42,261 nucleotides of DNA from Trueperaceae bacterium (GCA_035703635.1 DASSXV010000079.1:1-42261); one strand, 5' to 3'. Positions 28,130-38,646 are shown, counted from the stretch's first letter. Numbers and translations: made by a program. The notes: generated by a model from the letters alone, not told the origin.

Positions 28130-29000
28130 AGGTAGCCGAGACCTCGCGGACGATGTCGAAGGCCGCCGCGTCGACGCGCTCGAAGCCGGTTACGAAGAAA
28201 AGCGTCTCCGTGAGGGCCTTGCCTGCCGGGCTGTCAGCTATGTCGATCATGCCCTGAGTGATCTGCTCGACGAGCTGCGGGTCGAGGCCCTCACGCACGA
28301 CGATGCCGTCGTTCGGGATGTAATCGGAGTAACCGAGGATGCACACCACGTCCTTGACGTCCGGGTACTCGGCCTCGATGGTCTCGCGACCATCAGAACC
28401 CGCGTTGCCGCCGAAGGTGACGGCCACATCGACGTCGCCGTTGTAGACGGCGAGGGTAGCGGCATCGTGCGAGCCAGCGAAGATCGCTGTCATGTCCTTG
28501 TCTGGGTCTATGCCGTACGTGTTCTTGAGCGTCACGTACGGGAACTGGTAGCCAGAAGCTGAGCCAGGATCGACGAAGGCTATCGTCTTGCCGCGCAACT
28601 GTTCGAAGGAGGTGATGCCGCTATCGCAACGCACGTTGAACTGAGAACGGTATGCGGTGGCGCCCTCGCGCACCGATGCGAGGATGACGGTGGCGCCGTA
28701 GTTATCGATCGCCTGCACGATGGCGGCCGGCCCCATGAGCCCGATGTCGACGCGGCCCGTGCCGATGGCCTCTACGAGCCCGACGTAATCCGTGGCGATG
28801 AACGTCTCGACGGGGAGGCCCAACCGCTCTGCCAGCATGGCCGCGATGGGCTCCAAGTTGTCGATGATGACGTCCGCTTCGCGGCTAGGGATGATGCCGA
28901 AGATGAGCTTGCTAGGAACTTCGCCCTGCGCGCTGGCTTCGCCTAGCAGCAGTCCCGCGCAAACCACCATGGCGATCGCGGTAGAGAACAGTCGATTCAC
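28119..29000 (-). CDS. Phosphate/phosphite/phosphonate ABC substrate-binding protein (PhnD family)
   Basis: Signal peptide; DYVGLVEA, FVDPGSASGY, FAGSHDA, IPND. Confidence 0.85.
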   Translation of the reverse strand: MNRLFSTAIAMVVCAGLLLGEASAQGEVPSKLIFGIIPSREADVIIDNLEPIAAMLAERLGLPVETFIATDYVGLVEAIGTGRVDIGLMGPAAIVQAIDNYGATVILASVREGATAYRSQFNVRCDSGITSFEQLRGKTIAFVDPGSASGYQFPYVTLKNTYGIDPDKDMTAIFAGSHDAATLAVYNGDVDVAVTFGGNAGSDGRETIEAEYPDVKDVVCILGYSDYIPNDGIVVREGLDPQLVEQITQGMIDIADSPAGKALTETLFFVTGFERVDAAAFDIVREVSATFRR

Positions 29001-29100
29001 TAGGTCTCCTTCGACCTGTTACGTTTACAGGGTAACGAGCTAGCGGCTGGCCAGTTGCCGCGTATGTGCGCGAGCAGGTTAGCACGCGCAGGGCGGCGCC

Positions 29101-30903
29101 TCAGGCGGGCGACACGAGGGCGAGCACGGCGCCTGACTGCTCACGCGCAGGGTCGGTGCGCTCGGTGACGACGCGCACGGCCTTGCCGTTACTGAGGAAC
29201 AGCGGCACGGCGCGCCCGCCATACTCCTCGAAGTAGTCGGCAAGCGAGTACTCCTCGCTAAGCTCCTGCTTCTCGATCACCGCTCCGGCCTCGTGCATCT
29301 CGCGCAGCACGTTGAACGACAGGTCCTCGCCCGCCAGCCAGATGCCCCGGCGGTCGCCTCCGAGGCGCTTCGCGCCGTCCTGCCGCAAGTTCGGTGCCAA
29401 CTGATAGACGTTGGCCTTACCGAACTCGCGAGCGTACTTGACGGCAGTCAGCGCGTTGGCCTCGTCGTTGGAAGTCAGCGCCAGGAGCCTGCCGAGGCCT
29501 GCCATGCGCACCTGGTCATCGCTGCGGTCGGAGAGGAGGCTCCCGAAGTATGCGGGCAACCCAGCGGCGCGGGCGGCCTCCACGTTGAAGCTGTTGGTAT
29601 CGGCGAGCATCACCGTGAGGCCCTCGCCAAGGAGGGCTTTGCCGATCTGACGCGCAACGCCGTGCGCGCCGAGCAGCAGGAAACCCTGCGGGTCCGGGTC
29701 GGCGACGCCAAGGCGCACGCCAAGCGGCTTCGCCGTCAAGCTGGCGAGCAGGACGGTACCGACGATGACGATGAACACTAGCGGTACGAGGTCGCCGGCA
29801 CCGCTGATGCCGGCTGCCTTCAAGCGCACGGCGAAAAGCGACGTGACCGCGGCTGCCACGATTCCGCGCGGGCCGATCCAGGCGATGAACGCGCGCTCCT
29901 TCAGCGAGAGGCGCGAGCCGATGCTGCTTAGGAACACGTCGAGCGGTCGCAGCACGAAGATCACGACCAGCAACAGCACTAACGTGCGCCACGAGAGGAC
30001 GGAGAGGAACGCGCCAAGCTCGATGTTCGCTGCGAGCGAGATGAACAGCATGCTGACGAACAAGACGGTGAGGTCCTCTTTGAACGACAGCAGCGAATCG
30101 AGGTCAGGCACGTTGGCGTTGGCGACGATGACGCCCATGACCACCGCCGCCAATAGGCCCGCCTCAGACGACAGGAAGTTTGTGAGGGTGAAGGTCGCGA
30201 ACAGCAGCGCGAGCGCGGTCACGTTGATGAGGAAATCCGGGATGGCGCGCCGCTTGAGCAGCCAGGCCAACGCCAGGCCGCCAAGCGCGCCGAGGATAGC
30301 GCCGACGAACAAGAAGCGCCCGAGCAGCAAGGCGATCGTCAGCATCGACTCGTTGCGACTGTGCAAGATGATGGCTTCAAGCACCAGCACCGCGACTAGG
30401 GCGCCGACGGCGTCGATGACGATGCCCTCCCACCTGAGGACATTGCTGACCGCAGCGTTCGGCCTCACGATTCGGATGAGCGGCCCGATGACGGTCGGGC
30501 CAGTGACGATGATGAGCGAGCCGAACAGCAGCGCGAGTTGGAGGCTGAGCCCCATGACGAAGTAGCCGAGCGCCGCGCCGCCGATCCAAGTGACGAGCCC
30601 GCCCCACGTGACGAGGTTCAGCACTACCCTGCGCGTTTCGCGGATCTCGCTGAACCGCAACGTCAAGCCGCCCTCGAAGAGGATCAGTCCGACAGCCAAA
30701 GACACTAGAGGAAAGAAGAGCGTTGAAGGAAAGAGTTGATCTGGCTGCACCCACTGCAGGACGGGGCCAACGACGAATCCGACGGCGAGTAGGAACAAGA
30801 TGGCAGGTACCCTCACGAACCAGGCCAACCACTGTGAAGCAACACCCAGAGCGATGATGGCCGCGATGGCTAGTGATGGCATCTGCATGAAGATCTCGTG
30901 CAT
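29101..30903 (-). CDS. Cation:proton antiporter (CPA1/NhaP-like) with C-terminal NAD-binding-fold domain
   Basis: Many TM segments; ILFEGGL, VTGPTVI, WEGIVID, GPRGIVAAA; start approximate. Confidence 0.88.
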   Translation of the reverse strand: MHEIFMQMPSLAIAAIIALGVASQWLAWFVRVPAILFLLAVGFVVGPVLQWVQPDQLFPSTLFFPLVSLAVGLILFEGGLTLRFSEIRETRRVVLNLVTWGGLVTWIGGAALGYFVMGLSLQLALLFGSLIIVTGPTVIGPLIRIVRPNAAVSNVLRWEGIVIDAVGALVAVLVLEAIILHSRNESMLTIALLLGRFLFVGAILGALGGLALAWLLKRRAIPDFLINVTALALLFATFTLTNFLSSEAGLLAAVVMGVIVANANVPDLDSLLSFKEDLTVLFVSMLFISLAANIELGAFLSVLSWRTLVLLLVVIFVLRPLDVFLSSIGSRLSLKERAFIAWIGPRGIVAAAVTSLFAVRLKAAGISGAGDLVPLVFIVIVGTVLLASLTAKPLGVRLGVADPDPQGFLLLGAHGVARQIGKALLGEGLTVMLADTNSFNVEAARAAGLPAYFGSLLSDRSDDQVRMAGLGRLLALTSNDEANALTAVKYAREFGKANVYQLAPNLRQDGAKRLGGDRRGIWLAGEDLSFNVLREMHEAGAVIEKQELSEEYSLADYFEEYGGRAVPLFLSNGKAVRVVTERTDPAREQSGAVLALVSPA

Positions 30904-31038
30904 GTGAGTAAGTTTCGCCTTTAGTGGGAGTTTAGTCGAGGGGCTTGAAACCCGCGAACGCTGCGCCGCTCGTGGTAGCGGCACCCGCGTGAGCATCGTG
31001 CCGCTCGAGTGATGAAGGCCTGCGCGTACAATCCTGGC

Positions 31039-32052
31039 GTGGAAGCCAGACTGAACTTCATCACCCTGGCCGTCAGGGACCTTAGCGCCGCACGCGCCTT
31101 TTACGTCGACGGCTTAGGTTGGCAACCGGCGTTATGGGTACCGAACGAGGTCCTGTTCATTCGTCTGTCGCCGACCCTGTGCCTTTCCCTGTGGAACGCG
31201 GCCGAGTTCGAGGCCGAGGTCGGCCGCCTGAGCGGCCCCGACGGCCTTGCGCCCTTCGCGCTCGCTCACAACGTGCCGCACGAGGCGGAGGTGGACGCGG
31301 TGTTGGCCGATGCCGTCCGGGCGGGCGGCACGCTCTTAAAGGCCGCCGTCAAACGCGAGTGGGGTGGCTACTCTGGCTACTTCCGCGACACAGAAGGCTT
31401 CGTGTGGGAAGTTGCGCACAACCCGGGCCCCATCGGCGTGGAGCTCATGGCGGCAACCGCTGCGCCCGCGGGTGGGGAGGCGGCTGTGGAGGTGATCCGC
31501 TCGCGCCGCTCCGTGGCCCAAGGCCGCCTCTTAGCTGGCCCTGGACTGGACCATGCTGAGGTGGTGCTGGCCGTCGAGTCTGCCCGGTGGGCGCCGAACC
31601 ACAAGCGCACGGAGCCGTGGCGCTTCTACCGCCTAGACGGAGCGCGGCAGCGGCGCCTTGCCGACTTATGGGCGGAGCAGCTCGAGAGGACGGGCTCCAA
31701 GCCGGAGCGTGTCGAGGCCAAGCGGACCCAGTGGGCGAGCGCGCCGGGAGTGGTGGTCGTCACCTGCACTAGTTCGGCCACGGCGGACGAGAAGACGCGG
31801 CTCGAGGACTACGCCGCCACCGCTTGCGCGGTGCAGAACTTCTGCCTGCACTTGTGGGCAAAGGGGATCGCCACCAAGTGGTCGACGGCTGCCGTCGAGG
31901 AGCACGAGGAGTTCTGGCGGCTCCTCGGTCATGACCACGAACCGGCCGACACGCGCGTTGTGGCGCTCGTGTTCTACGGGTTAGCCGCGGAACTACCCAA
32001 GGCGCACCGCAGGCTTGCCGCGCAGGATGTGCTCGTCGATTACCGCGCGTAG
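31039..32052 (+). CDS. VOC (glyoxalase) domain fused to nitroreductase domain
   Basis: FITLAVRDL...WGGYSGYFRDTEGFVWEVAHNP, then IRSRRS...WAPNHKRTEPWRF...CAVQN; TACAAT 6 nt before GTG 31039. Confidence 0.85.
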   Translation: MEARLNFITLAVRDLSAARAFYVDGLGWQPALWVPNEVLFIRLSPTLCLSLWNAAEFEAEVGRLSGPDGLAPFALAHNVPHEAEVDAVLADAVRAGGTLLKAAVKREWGGYSGYFRDTEGFVWEVAHNPGPIGVELMAATAAPAGGEAAVEVIRSRRSVAQGRLLAGPGLDHAEVVLAVESARWAPNHKRTEPWRFYRLDGARQRRLADLWAEQLERTGSKPERVEAKRTQWASAPGVVVVTCTSSATADEKTRLEDYAATACAVQNFCLHLWAKGIATKWSTAAVEEHEEFWRLLGHDHEPADTRVVALVFYGLAAELPKAHRRLAAQDVLVDYRA

Positions 32053-32062
32053 CCGAGGTGGG

Positions 32063-32557
32063 CTAGCGGTAGTAGCCTTCACGCAGCACTACGCCGTGCT
32101 CGACCCACGCCCTCAGGCCCAGCAGCATCCCGGTCCACCCCTCGCAGTTGCCGAAAGCCGACTGCGCCCCGGCCGGAGTGGGGAGCCACGCCGCCTCAGT
32201 GATGGTCACGAGCGTGCGTGTGTTGCCGTCGAGCGGCTCGAACTTGAAGTCGACTTGGTTGCTGCCCGACGGGTTGCTGCTGTGAGCACCGCCCCAGGCG
32301 ATCGTCAGGCTCCGCGGCGGCTCGGCGGCCAGCACGGTCACCGGGAAGGCGCCCGGGAAGTCGTGGAAGTCCCACGTTACGGCCTTGCCGACCTCGAGCC
32401 GCCCAGAGGCGCCTCCGGTGGTGAAGTACTGCGAAAGCTTAGCTGGGTCGGCGACGCACTCGTAAACCTCTTCGCACGGCCTGGAAATGCGCCCCGTGAC
32501 GGTGAACCGCAGGTCAGTCAACGCGCCTTGGTCCTTGGGTAGGTCTGCCATGGCCAC
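32063..32557 (-). CDS. SRPBCC / AHSA1-like domain protein
   Basis: VYECVADPAKLSQYFTTGGA...TLVTITE..W...GNCEGWTGML. Confidence 0.85.
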   Translation of the reverse strand: MAMADLPKDQGALTDLRFTVTGRISRPCEEVYECVADPAKLSQYFTTGGASGRLEVGKAVTWDFHDFPGAFPVTVLAAEPPRSLTIAWGGAHSSNPSGSNQVDFKFEPLDGNTRTLVTITEAAWLPTPAGAQSAFGNCEGWTGMLLGLRAWVEHGVVLREGYYR

Positions 32558-32600
32558 TTTCTAGCACTAAAGCGCGCGTTCGCGCTGGCGGTATGGCGAA

Positions 32601-33419
32601 CTAGCGGTCTGCCAGCGGCTCGATCACGCTGTCCAAACCCCGCACCACCCCAACGAGCGTTCCAACCCGCCGCACCGCCAACAGCGCCCCGTCGACGTAC
32701 GGCTCCGCGCTTGGGCCAGCGTCGTGGCGGATGCTTAGGCGTTGGTCTGCCATGCCGAAGACGGCCTCGACCCCTACGGTGTAACCGGGCAGCCTGACCG
32801 AGTGAACCTGGGCGCCGCCGAGCGTCGCGCCGCGCGCGGCGTGCTCGCCTACCGTCTGGTCGACCGGAATGGGCGGTTCGTTGTGGCCGGCGGCCGCAAG
32901 GCGGCTGGCCAGTTCCCGCGCCGTTCCGCTTGGCGCGTCTTCCTTCAGGGCGCTTGCGTAGTCGATGATCTCCCAGTTGGGAATCAGCCGCGCTGCCATC
33001 TCAGCGAACTTCTGGAGCAGGACAACGGTGAGGGCGAAGTTGCCTACCGCAAGCACGCCGCGACCTGCGGCGGTGGCTGCCGCGTCGAGCTCCGCGTAAT
33101 CGGCATCTGTCAGGCCAGAGGTGCCGATCACTACGTTGGCGCCGTACTCGAGGGCGGTCAGGACGTTCCCTTTCGCCACGCCCGGCTTCGTGTACTCGAC
33201 GAACACGTCGCAGTGGTGCGCCGCCAGCGCCTCCCTTGCCGTGCCATAGACAGGCGCAACGATGGCGGGGTCTCCAAGTACGCTACCGAGCGGCGTGCCT
33301 GCGGCCGAACGCGCGACCGCGGCCACTAGCTGGAGGTCGGCGCTTCTCGTGATGGCGCGGGCGAGGGCCGAGCCAGCCCAACCGGTGGCGCCGGCGAGGC
33401 ATACGCTGATGTGCGTCAT
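32601..33419 (-). CDS. dapB: 4-hydroxy-tetrahydrodipicolinate reductase-like protein (atypical active site)
   Basis: GATGWAG, VIGTSG, GNFALT, KEDAPSGTA, VHSVRLPG, IRHDA. Confidence 0.75.
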   Translation of the reverse strand: MTHISVCLAGATGWAGSALARAITRSADLQLVAAVARSAAGTPLGSVLGDPAIVAPVYGTAREALAAHHCDVFVEYTKPGVAKGNVLTALEYGANVVIGTSGLTDADYAELDAAATAAGRGVLAVGNFALTVVLLQKFAEMAARLIPNWEIIDYASALKEDAPSGTARELASRLAAAGHNEPPIPVDQTVGEHAARGATLGGAQVHSVRLPGYTVGVEAVFGMADQRLSIRHDAGPSAEPYVDGALLAVRRVGTLVGVVRGLDSVIEPLADR

Positions 33420-33591
33420 GCCAGCTACCTTAGCGCGCCACCAGCGTGCCTAGTTGGACGCGCATGGGCTTGTTGGCAACACACGAATGTAGGCAGCACC
33501 GAGTAGAGTTGCTGGTCGGTGCGGGTAGGGAACCCCACCATCACCACTTAGTTGACGCGGCAGCTCGCGCTGACGTCCGATAAAGGTCCGC

Positions 33592-34578
33592 ATGAACAGC
33601 AGGTACACGTTAGGGCTTCTTCTGGCACTCTCCTCGGCCGCCGCCTTCGGCACTTCAGGCTCGTTCGCCAAAGGCCTGCTGGTGGCAGGCTGGACGCCGG
33701 CGGCCGCCGTGACTTGGCGAGTTGGCGTCGGCGCGCTGGCCTTGGCCATCCCGGCCATGATCGCCATGCGTGGCCGCTGGCACTTGCTGCGCCGCGGTTG
33801 GCCGACCATCGTCCTCTTCGGCTTGATCGCCGTTGCTGGCTGCCAGCTCGCCTACTTCCTCGCAGTCGAGCGCCTGTCGGTAGCCGTCGCGCTGCTCCTC
33901 GAGTACCTCGGCGTCGTGCTGGTCGTCGGGTGGTTGTGGTTGCGGCGCGGGCAGCGCCCAAGGCCGCTCACGGTGGTGGGCGCAGGCGTTGCCATCGTTG
34001 GCCTCGTGTTCGTTCTCGACGTCTTCGGCGCCATCTCCGTCGACCTGGTCGGCGTGTTCTGGGGCGTCGCGGCCGCGTTCGGACTCGCGACCTTCTTCGT
34101 GATCTCTGCCGATGAAAGCCATGGGTTGCCCGTGATAACGGTCTCGGCAGGTGGGCTGCTGGTCGGCGCAGTTGCCTTACTCATCGCCGGCGCGCTGGGC
34201 GTCACCCCGATGGCGTGGAACACCGACCCCGTGCTCCTGGCGGGCGTGCAAGTGCCGTGGTGGCTCGACGTCGCTGGGCTCGGGTTGTTCGCAGCGGCCT
34301 TCGCGTACTTGGCTGGCGTGTTCGCCAGCAGGCGCCTAGGGTCCAAGCTCGCCTCGTTCGTCGGCCTCTCGGAAGTACTCTTCGCCGTGGTTTGGGCGTG
34401 GTTGTTGCTCGGTGAGTTGCCGCGGCTAGTGCAACTCCTCGGCGGCCTGCTCATCTTGGCCGGGGTGGTGCTAGTGAAACTCGACGAGGGCAACGCACCT
34501 GCCGAGGCGGCGCTCGCCACTCCAACTGACGAAGCGGCCGTCGTCGCGGCGCCAGTCCGCGCCGGCTACCGCGAGTGA
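33592..34578 (+). CDS. EamA/DMT family transporter
   Basis: About 10 hydrophobic helices in two EamA-like repeats. Confidence 0.88.
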   Translation: MNSRYTLGLLLALSSAAAFGTSGSFAKGLLVAGWTPAAAVTWRVGVGALALAIPAMIAMRGRWHLLRRGWPTIVLFGLIAVAGCQLAYFLAVERLSVAVALLLEYLGVVLVVGWLWLRRGQRPRPLTVVGAGVAIVGLVFVLDVFGAISVDLVGVFWGVAAAFGLATFFVISADESHGLPVITVSAGGLLVGAVALLIAGALGVTPMAWNTDPVLLAGVQVPWWLDVAGLGLFAAAFAYLAGVFASRRLGSKLASFVGLSEVLFAVVWAWLLLGELPRLVQLLGGLLILAGVVLVKLDEGNAPAEAALATPTDEAAVVAAPVRAGYRE

Positions 34579-35048
34579 GCCTCCTCCAGAAGCTCATAGG
34601 GGCGGGGCTTCGGCCGCACGTGAAGCGGCGTGCGCGCGGGGTGACCCTTGAACAGGCGGCAGTCAACCTGGAGAAGTCACGCGATGAGCTGAGGCCGCGC
34701 ATCATGAACGCAACCGACACGCCGGGCAACCGCGAGGCGCTCAACCACTGGATCGGCATCGAACGTTGGAGTCAGAACCGGCTGCGGGTGGCTCGAGGCG
34801 CACCGTTCGTCGAGGACCGCTACCGCGGCTACCGCATGCCAGAGGGAAGCTCGCTGACGGACTTGCAGGCGCAGTTCTTCGCCGTGCGTGACGATTCCAT
34901 CGCCATGGCGCACGAGTTGGCCCGCACGGGGGTAGCCCCGACCCTCACGATCAAGCACAACGACCTCGGCGAACTGACGGTCGTCGAGTGGCTCACGTAC
35001 ATGGAAGACCACCCGCGCCGCGAGATCATCCGCCTGCGAGGACGCTAA
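34575..35048 (+). CDS. DinB-like four-helix family protein
   Basis: LNHWIGIERW...HNDLGELTVVEWLTYMEDH; 4-nt overlap with the upstream gene. Confidence 0.6.
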   Translation: MSLLQKLIGAGLRPHVKRRARGVTLEQAAVNLEKSRDELRPRIMNATDTPGNREALNHWIGIERWSQNRLRVARGAPFVEDRYRGYRMPEGSSLTDLQAQFFAVRDDSIAMAHELARTGVAPTLTIKHNDLGELTVVEWLTYMEDHPRREIIRLRGR

Positions 35049-35134
35049 CTCCGGTCTGACGACGCCCGTGCCGCCGGTGCTAGATTAGGGGCGCAAGGCA
35101 AGTACCTCGCTACCCCGAAAGGTTGGTCCCCCCG

Positions 35135-36694
35135 ATGACCTGGTTGAACCCCAAGCGCGTGCTGATCGTCCTCGCCGCCTTCCTGCTTGCCGCACCTGCG
35201 ATCGCGCAAGACACGCCGGTCAAGGGCGGAACCGCCATCGTGGTGCTCGGCTCGGACCCGGAGCACCTCAACCCGGGCATCAGCACGAGTTACCCGGTCG
35301 GCGCCGTCGGCGTCAACGTCTTCAGCGGCCTGGTGCGCTTGGCGGCGGACGGTCGCCCAGAAGGCGATCTGGCAGCCAGCTGGACGGTGTCGAGCGACAA
35401 CCTCGTCTACACCTTCACGCTGCGTGAAGCGAACTTCCACGACGGCACGCCCGTTACTAGCGCCGACGTCGTTTACTCCATGATCGAGGTCGAGGCCCCC
35501 AACCACGGCCGCTTCAAGACGGCGTACGACAAGATCGCCTCCATCGAGGCGCCAGACGCGGCGACCGTCGTCATCACCCTCAAGGAGCCGTTCGCGCCGC
35601 TCCTCAGCCTGCTGACGGTCTTCGACGCCGCCGTCCTGCCGAAGCACGTTTACGAGAACACCGACGCCCTGACCAACCCGGCCAACAACGCGCCGATCGG
35701 CAGCGGGCCGTTCAAGTTCGCCAACTGGGTCCGCGGCGAACGCGTCGAGATCGTGCGCAACGACGACTACTTCCTGGAACCAGCGCTGCTCGACAAGGTC
35801 ATCTTCCGCATCGTTCCTCAGGACGTGGCTCGCTCCACTGCCCTCGAAGTCGGCGAAGCCGACTTGCTGTGGGGCTTCTACATGCCGCCAGCCGACCTTC
35901 CGCGCCTCGAGGCCGACCCGAACATCAACACGTGGACGGGCATCACCATCCCGGCGCTCTACTTCGTGTTCATCAACAACAACACCCCAGGGCTAGATGA
36001 CGCGCGCGTGCGCCAGGCCATCATGTACGCCATCGACCGCGATCAGATCGTCGAGCAGGCGCAAGGCGGACTCGGCCAGGCTGGTTCCGGCCCGTTCGGC
36101 GCCGGCTTCGCTTACGCGTACGACGAGGCGACCGACTACCGCACCCTCTACCCGTACGACCCAACCAAGGCCAAGGAACTCCTCGCGGATGCCGGCGTGA
36201 CCGACCTCAAGCTCCGCTACGTCTACGACTCCGCGCGCGGCGCCTTCGCTGCCGCAGGCGACATCATGCGCGACCAACTGCGGCAAGTCGGCATCGACCT
36301 CGTGCTGCAACCGGCCGAACGCGCCGTCATGGTCGACCGCGTCTACAAGGGCGACTACGACCTCAGCATGCAGTCGTTCACGTCGGGCGGCGACCCCGCC
36401 ATCGGTTACCACCGCATCTACCACAGCGCCGAAGCCGGCACGCCGTTCGTCAACGCGACCGGCTACGCCAACCCAGACGTGGACGCGTGGCTCGCGGAAG
36501 CGGGTGGCCTAGCAGATCAAGACGCCCGCGCCACGTACTACCGTCAGATCGACGAGGTGATCGCCGCGGACGTGCCCGTCATGGTCATGTTCGACGAGCT
36601 CGCCTCTGAGGCGTCCTCCGCTGGCCTACGCGGCATGCGCACCCTCCTCGACCAGCGCGACGGCCTCGAGTTCTTGTGGTTCGCCAAGCCTTGA
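35135..36694 (+). CDS. ABC transporter substrate-binding protein, family 5 (Opp/Dpp-like)
   Basis: Signal peptide; LAASWTVS...YTFTLR...FHDG.PVTSADV; PIGSGPFKF; VRQAI.YAIDR. Confidence 0.93.
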   Translation: MTWLNPKRVLIVLAAFLLAAPAIAQDTPVKGGTAIVVLGSDPEHLNPGISTSYPVGAVGVNVFSGLVRLAADGRPEGDLAASWTVSSDNLVYTFTLREANFHDGTPVTSADVVYSMIEVEAPNHGRFKTAYDKIASIEAPDAATVVITLKEPFAPLLSLLTVFDAAVLPKHVYENTDALTNPANNAPIGSGPFKFANWVRGERVEIVRNDDYFLEPALLDKVIFRIVPQDVARSTALEVGEADLLWGFYMPPADLPRLEADPNINTWTGITIPALYFVFINNNTPGLDDARVRQAIMYAIDRDQIVEQAQGGLGQAGSGPFGAGFAYAYDEATDYRTLYPYDPTKAKELLADAGVTDLKLRYVYDSARGAFAAAGDIMRDQLRQVGIDLVLQPAERAVMVDRVYKGDYDLSMQSFTSGGDPAIGYHRIYHSAEAGTPFVNATGYANPDVDAWLAEAGGLADQDARATYYRQIDEVIAADVPVMVMFDELASEASSAGLRGMRTLLDQRDGLEFLWFAKP

Positions 36695-36721
36695 GAGAGC
36701 TCGGGCGCTAGCTCAACAGTT

Positions 36722-37711
36722 GTGGCGGCCGAAGGCGGAGGCAACGGCTTAGCGGTATACGCGCTGCGGCGGGCGGTGAACGCCATCCCCTTGATCCTGG
36801 GGGTGGTCGTGGTCAACTTCGTGCTCATAGCGCTGGCGCCGGGCGACCCGGTCACCTCGCTGATAGGCGAGTACCCGGCCCCGCCTGAGTACGTCGAACG
36901 TGTCAGGCGAGACTTCGGCCTCGACCGCAGCCTGCCGGAGCGGCTTGGCCTCTACCTAGTGAACGTGGCGAAGGGGGACCTCGGGTTCTCCTTCGCCAAC
37001 CGCCAACCCGTCCTCGACCTCCTACTCCAACGCCTCGGCCGCACCCTCGTCCTCATGCTGAGCACCGTGGTGGTAGCCACTGGTGTTGGCCTTCTGCTCG
37101 GCGTCCTCTCGGCGAGGAAGCCTGGTTCGCTCACGGACCGCGGCGCGACCGGCTTCGCGTTGCTCGGCTACGCCGTGCCGGAGTTCTGGCTAGGTCAACT
37201 ACTTATCTTGGTGTTCGCCGTCTCGTTAGGTTGGCTGCCTGCTGGTGGGTTCAGGAGCGTGCGGGTCGATTACACGGGCTTCGCGGCCGTGCTCGACACC
37301 ATGAAGCACATGATCCTGCCGATGGCGGCGCTGTCCTTCAGGTACATGGCCATAACCACGCGCCTCACGCGCGCCTCGCTCCTCGAGGTCATGAGCGCGC
37401 AGTACATCGTCGCGGCGCGCGGGCGGGGGCTCTCCGAGAACGCCGTGCTGTGGCGGCACGCGCTAAGGGCCGCCGCCCTCCCCGTAGTCACCGTCATCGG
37501 CTATAACTTCGCTTTCATCGTCGCAGGCTCTGCATTGGTCGAGACGGTGTTCGGTTGGCCAGGCATCGGGCGGCTCATGTACGACTCGATCTACACGCGC
37601 GACTACCCGGTGCTGCTAGGCATACTGCTCTTCGTATCTGTGACGGTCATCATCGTCAACCTCATCACGGACGCGCTCTACGCCGTTCTCGACCCGCGCG
37701 TGAGGTACTGA
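36722..37711 (+). CDS. ABC transporter permease (OppB/DppB-like)
   Basis: APGDP, GDLGFS, PEFWLG, ARGRGL, ETVFGWPGIG, RDYPV. Confidence 0.93.
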   Translation: MAAEGGGNGLAVYALRRAVNAIPLILGVVVVNFVLIALAPGDPVTSLIGEYPAPPEYVERVRRDFGLDRSLPERLGLYLVNVAKGDLGFSFANRQPVLDLLLQRLGRTLVLMLSTVVVATGVGLLLGVLSARKPGSLTDRGATGFALLGYAVPEFWLGQLLILVFAVSLGWLPAGGFRSVRVDYTGFAAVLDTMKHMILPMAALSFRYMAITTRLTRASLLEVMSAQYIVAARGRGLSENAVLWRHALRAAALPVVTVIGYNFAFIVAGSALVETVFGWPGIGRLMYDSIYTRDYPVLLGILLFVSVTVIIVNLITDALYAVLDPRVRY

Positions 37712-38610
37712 TGGACGACGCAGCAAGAGCGGCCGAAGCCACCGAAGTCACTGAAGTTCGGCAAGCGGGGCGCTCTAACGCTTTCGCCGCCTGGCGCCGT
37801 TTCAGGCGCAGCAGTTCCGGCGTGTTCGGGCTGGTGGTAGTTGCGCTGCTGGTGCTGACCGCCATCTTCGCCCCACTGCTGGCGCCGTTCGATCCGCACA
37901 GCACGTCGCGGGCGGCGTTCGCGCCGCCCTTCGCCTCGGGCCACTTCCTCGGCACGGACAACCTCGGCCGCGACATCCTCAGCCAGGTCATCTGGGGCTC
38001 CCGCGTATCGCTGCTCGTCGGCCTGGCCGCAGCGGCCACGGCCACGCTCATCGGCGTAGCCGTCGGAGCGCTAGCCGGCTACCTCGGCGGTTGGTTCGAC
38101 GAACTCCTCATGCGCGTCACGGAGTTCTTCCAGGTCATCCCGCGCTTCGTGCTTGCGCTCATCGTCGTAGCCTTCTTCGGCTCCGGCCTGCTCAACCTCA
38201 TCCTCGTCATCGGCCTCCTAAGCTGGCCGCAAACGGCGCGGCTGGTGCGCAGCCAGTACCTCAGCCACAAGACCCTGCCGTACGTGGACGCTGGCCGAGC
38301 GTTGGGTATGCGCAACGCGCGGCTCATGTTCATGCAGATCCTCCCTAACGTCATGGGCCCCGTCCTCGTGGTGGCCTCACTCGACGTTGCCCAGGCCATC
38401 CTGCTAGAGGCGAGCCTCGGCTTCTTCGGGCTAGGCGACCCGAACCTCACTAGTTGGGGTGGCATGCTGAACAGCGCTCAGACGTTCATCCGCCGCGCGT
38501 GGTGGATGAGCGTGTTCCCAGGCATCGGCATTACGTTGGCCGTGCTTGGCTTCAACCTCTTCGGAGACGGCCTGACCGAGGCCTACGACCCGCGCATGGC
38601 GCCGCGCTGA
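37711..38610 (+). CDS. ABC transporter permease (OppC/DppC-like)
   Basis: HFLGTDNLGRDI...GSRVSL...EASLGFFGLG...SWGGML; ATG overlaps the upstream TGA. Confidence 0.93.
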   Translation: MDDAARAAEATEVTEVRQAGRSNAFAAWRRFRRSSSGVFGLVVVALLVLTAIFAPLLAPFDPHSTSRAAFAPPFASGHFLGTDNLGRDILSQVIWGSRVSLLVGLAAAATATLIGVAVGALAGYLGGWFDELLMRVTEFFQVIPRFVLALIVVAFFGSGLLNLILVIGLLSWPQTARLVRSQYLSHKTLPYVDAGRALGMRNARLMFMQILPNVMGPVLVVASLDVAQAILLEASLGFFGLGDPNLTSWGGMLNSAQTFIRRAWWMSVFPGIGITLAVLGFNLFGDGLTEAYDPRMAPR

Positions 38611-38646
38611 ACTGGCGCGCGTAGCGGGCGGTAAGGAGCAATAGTG

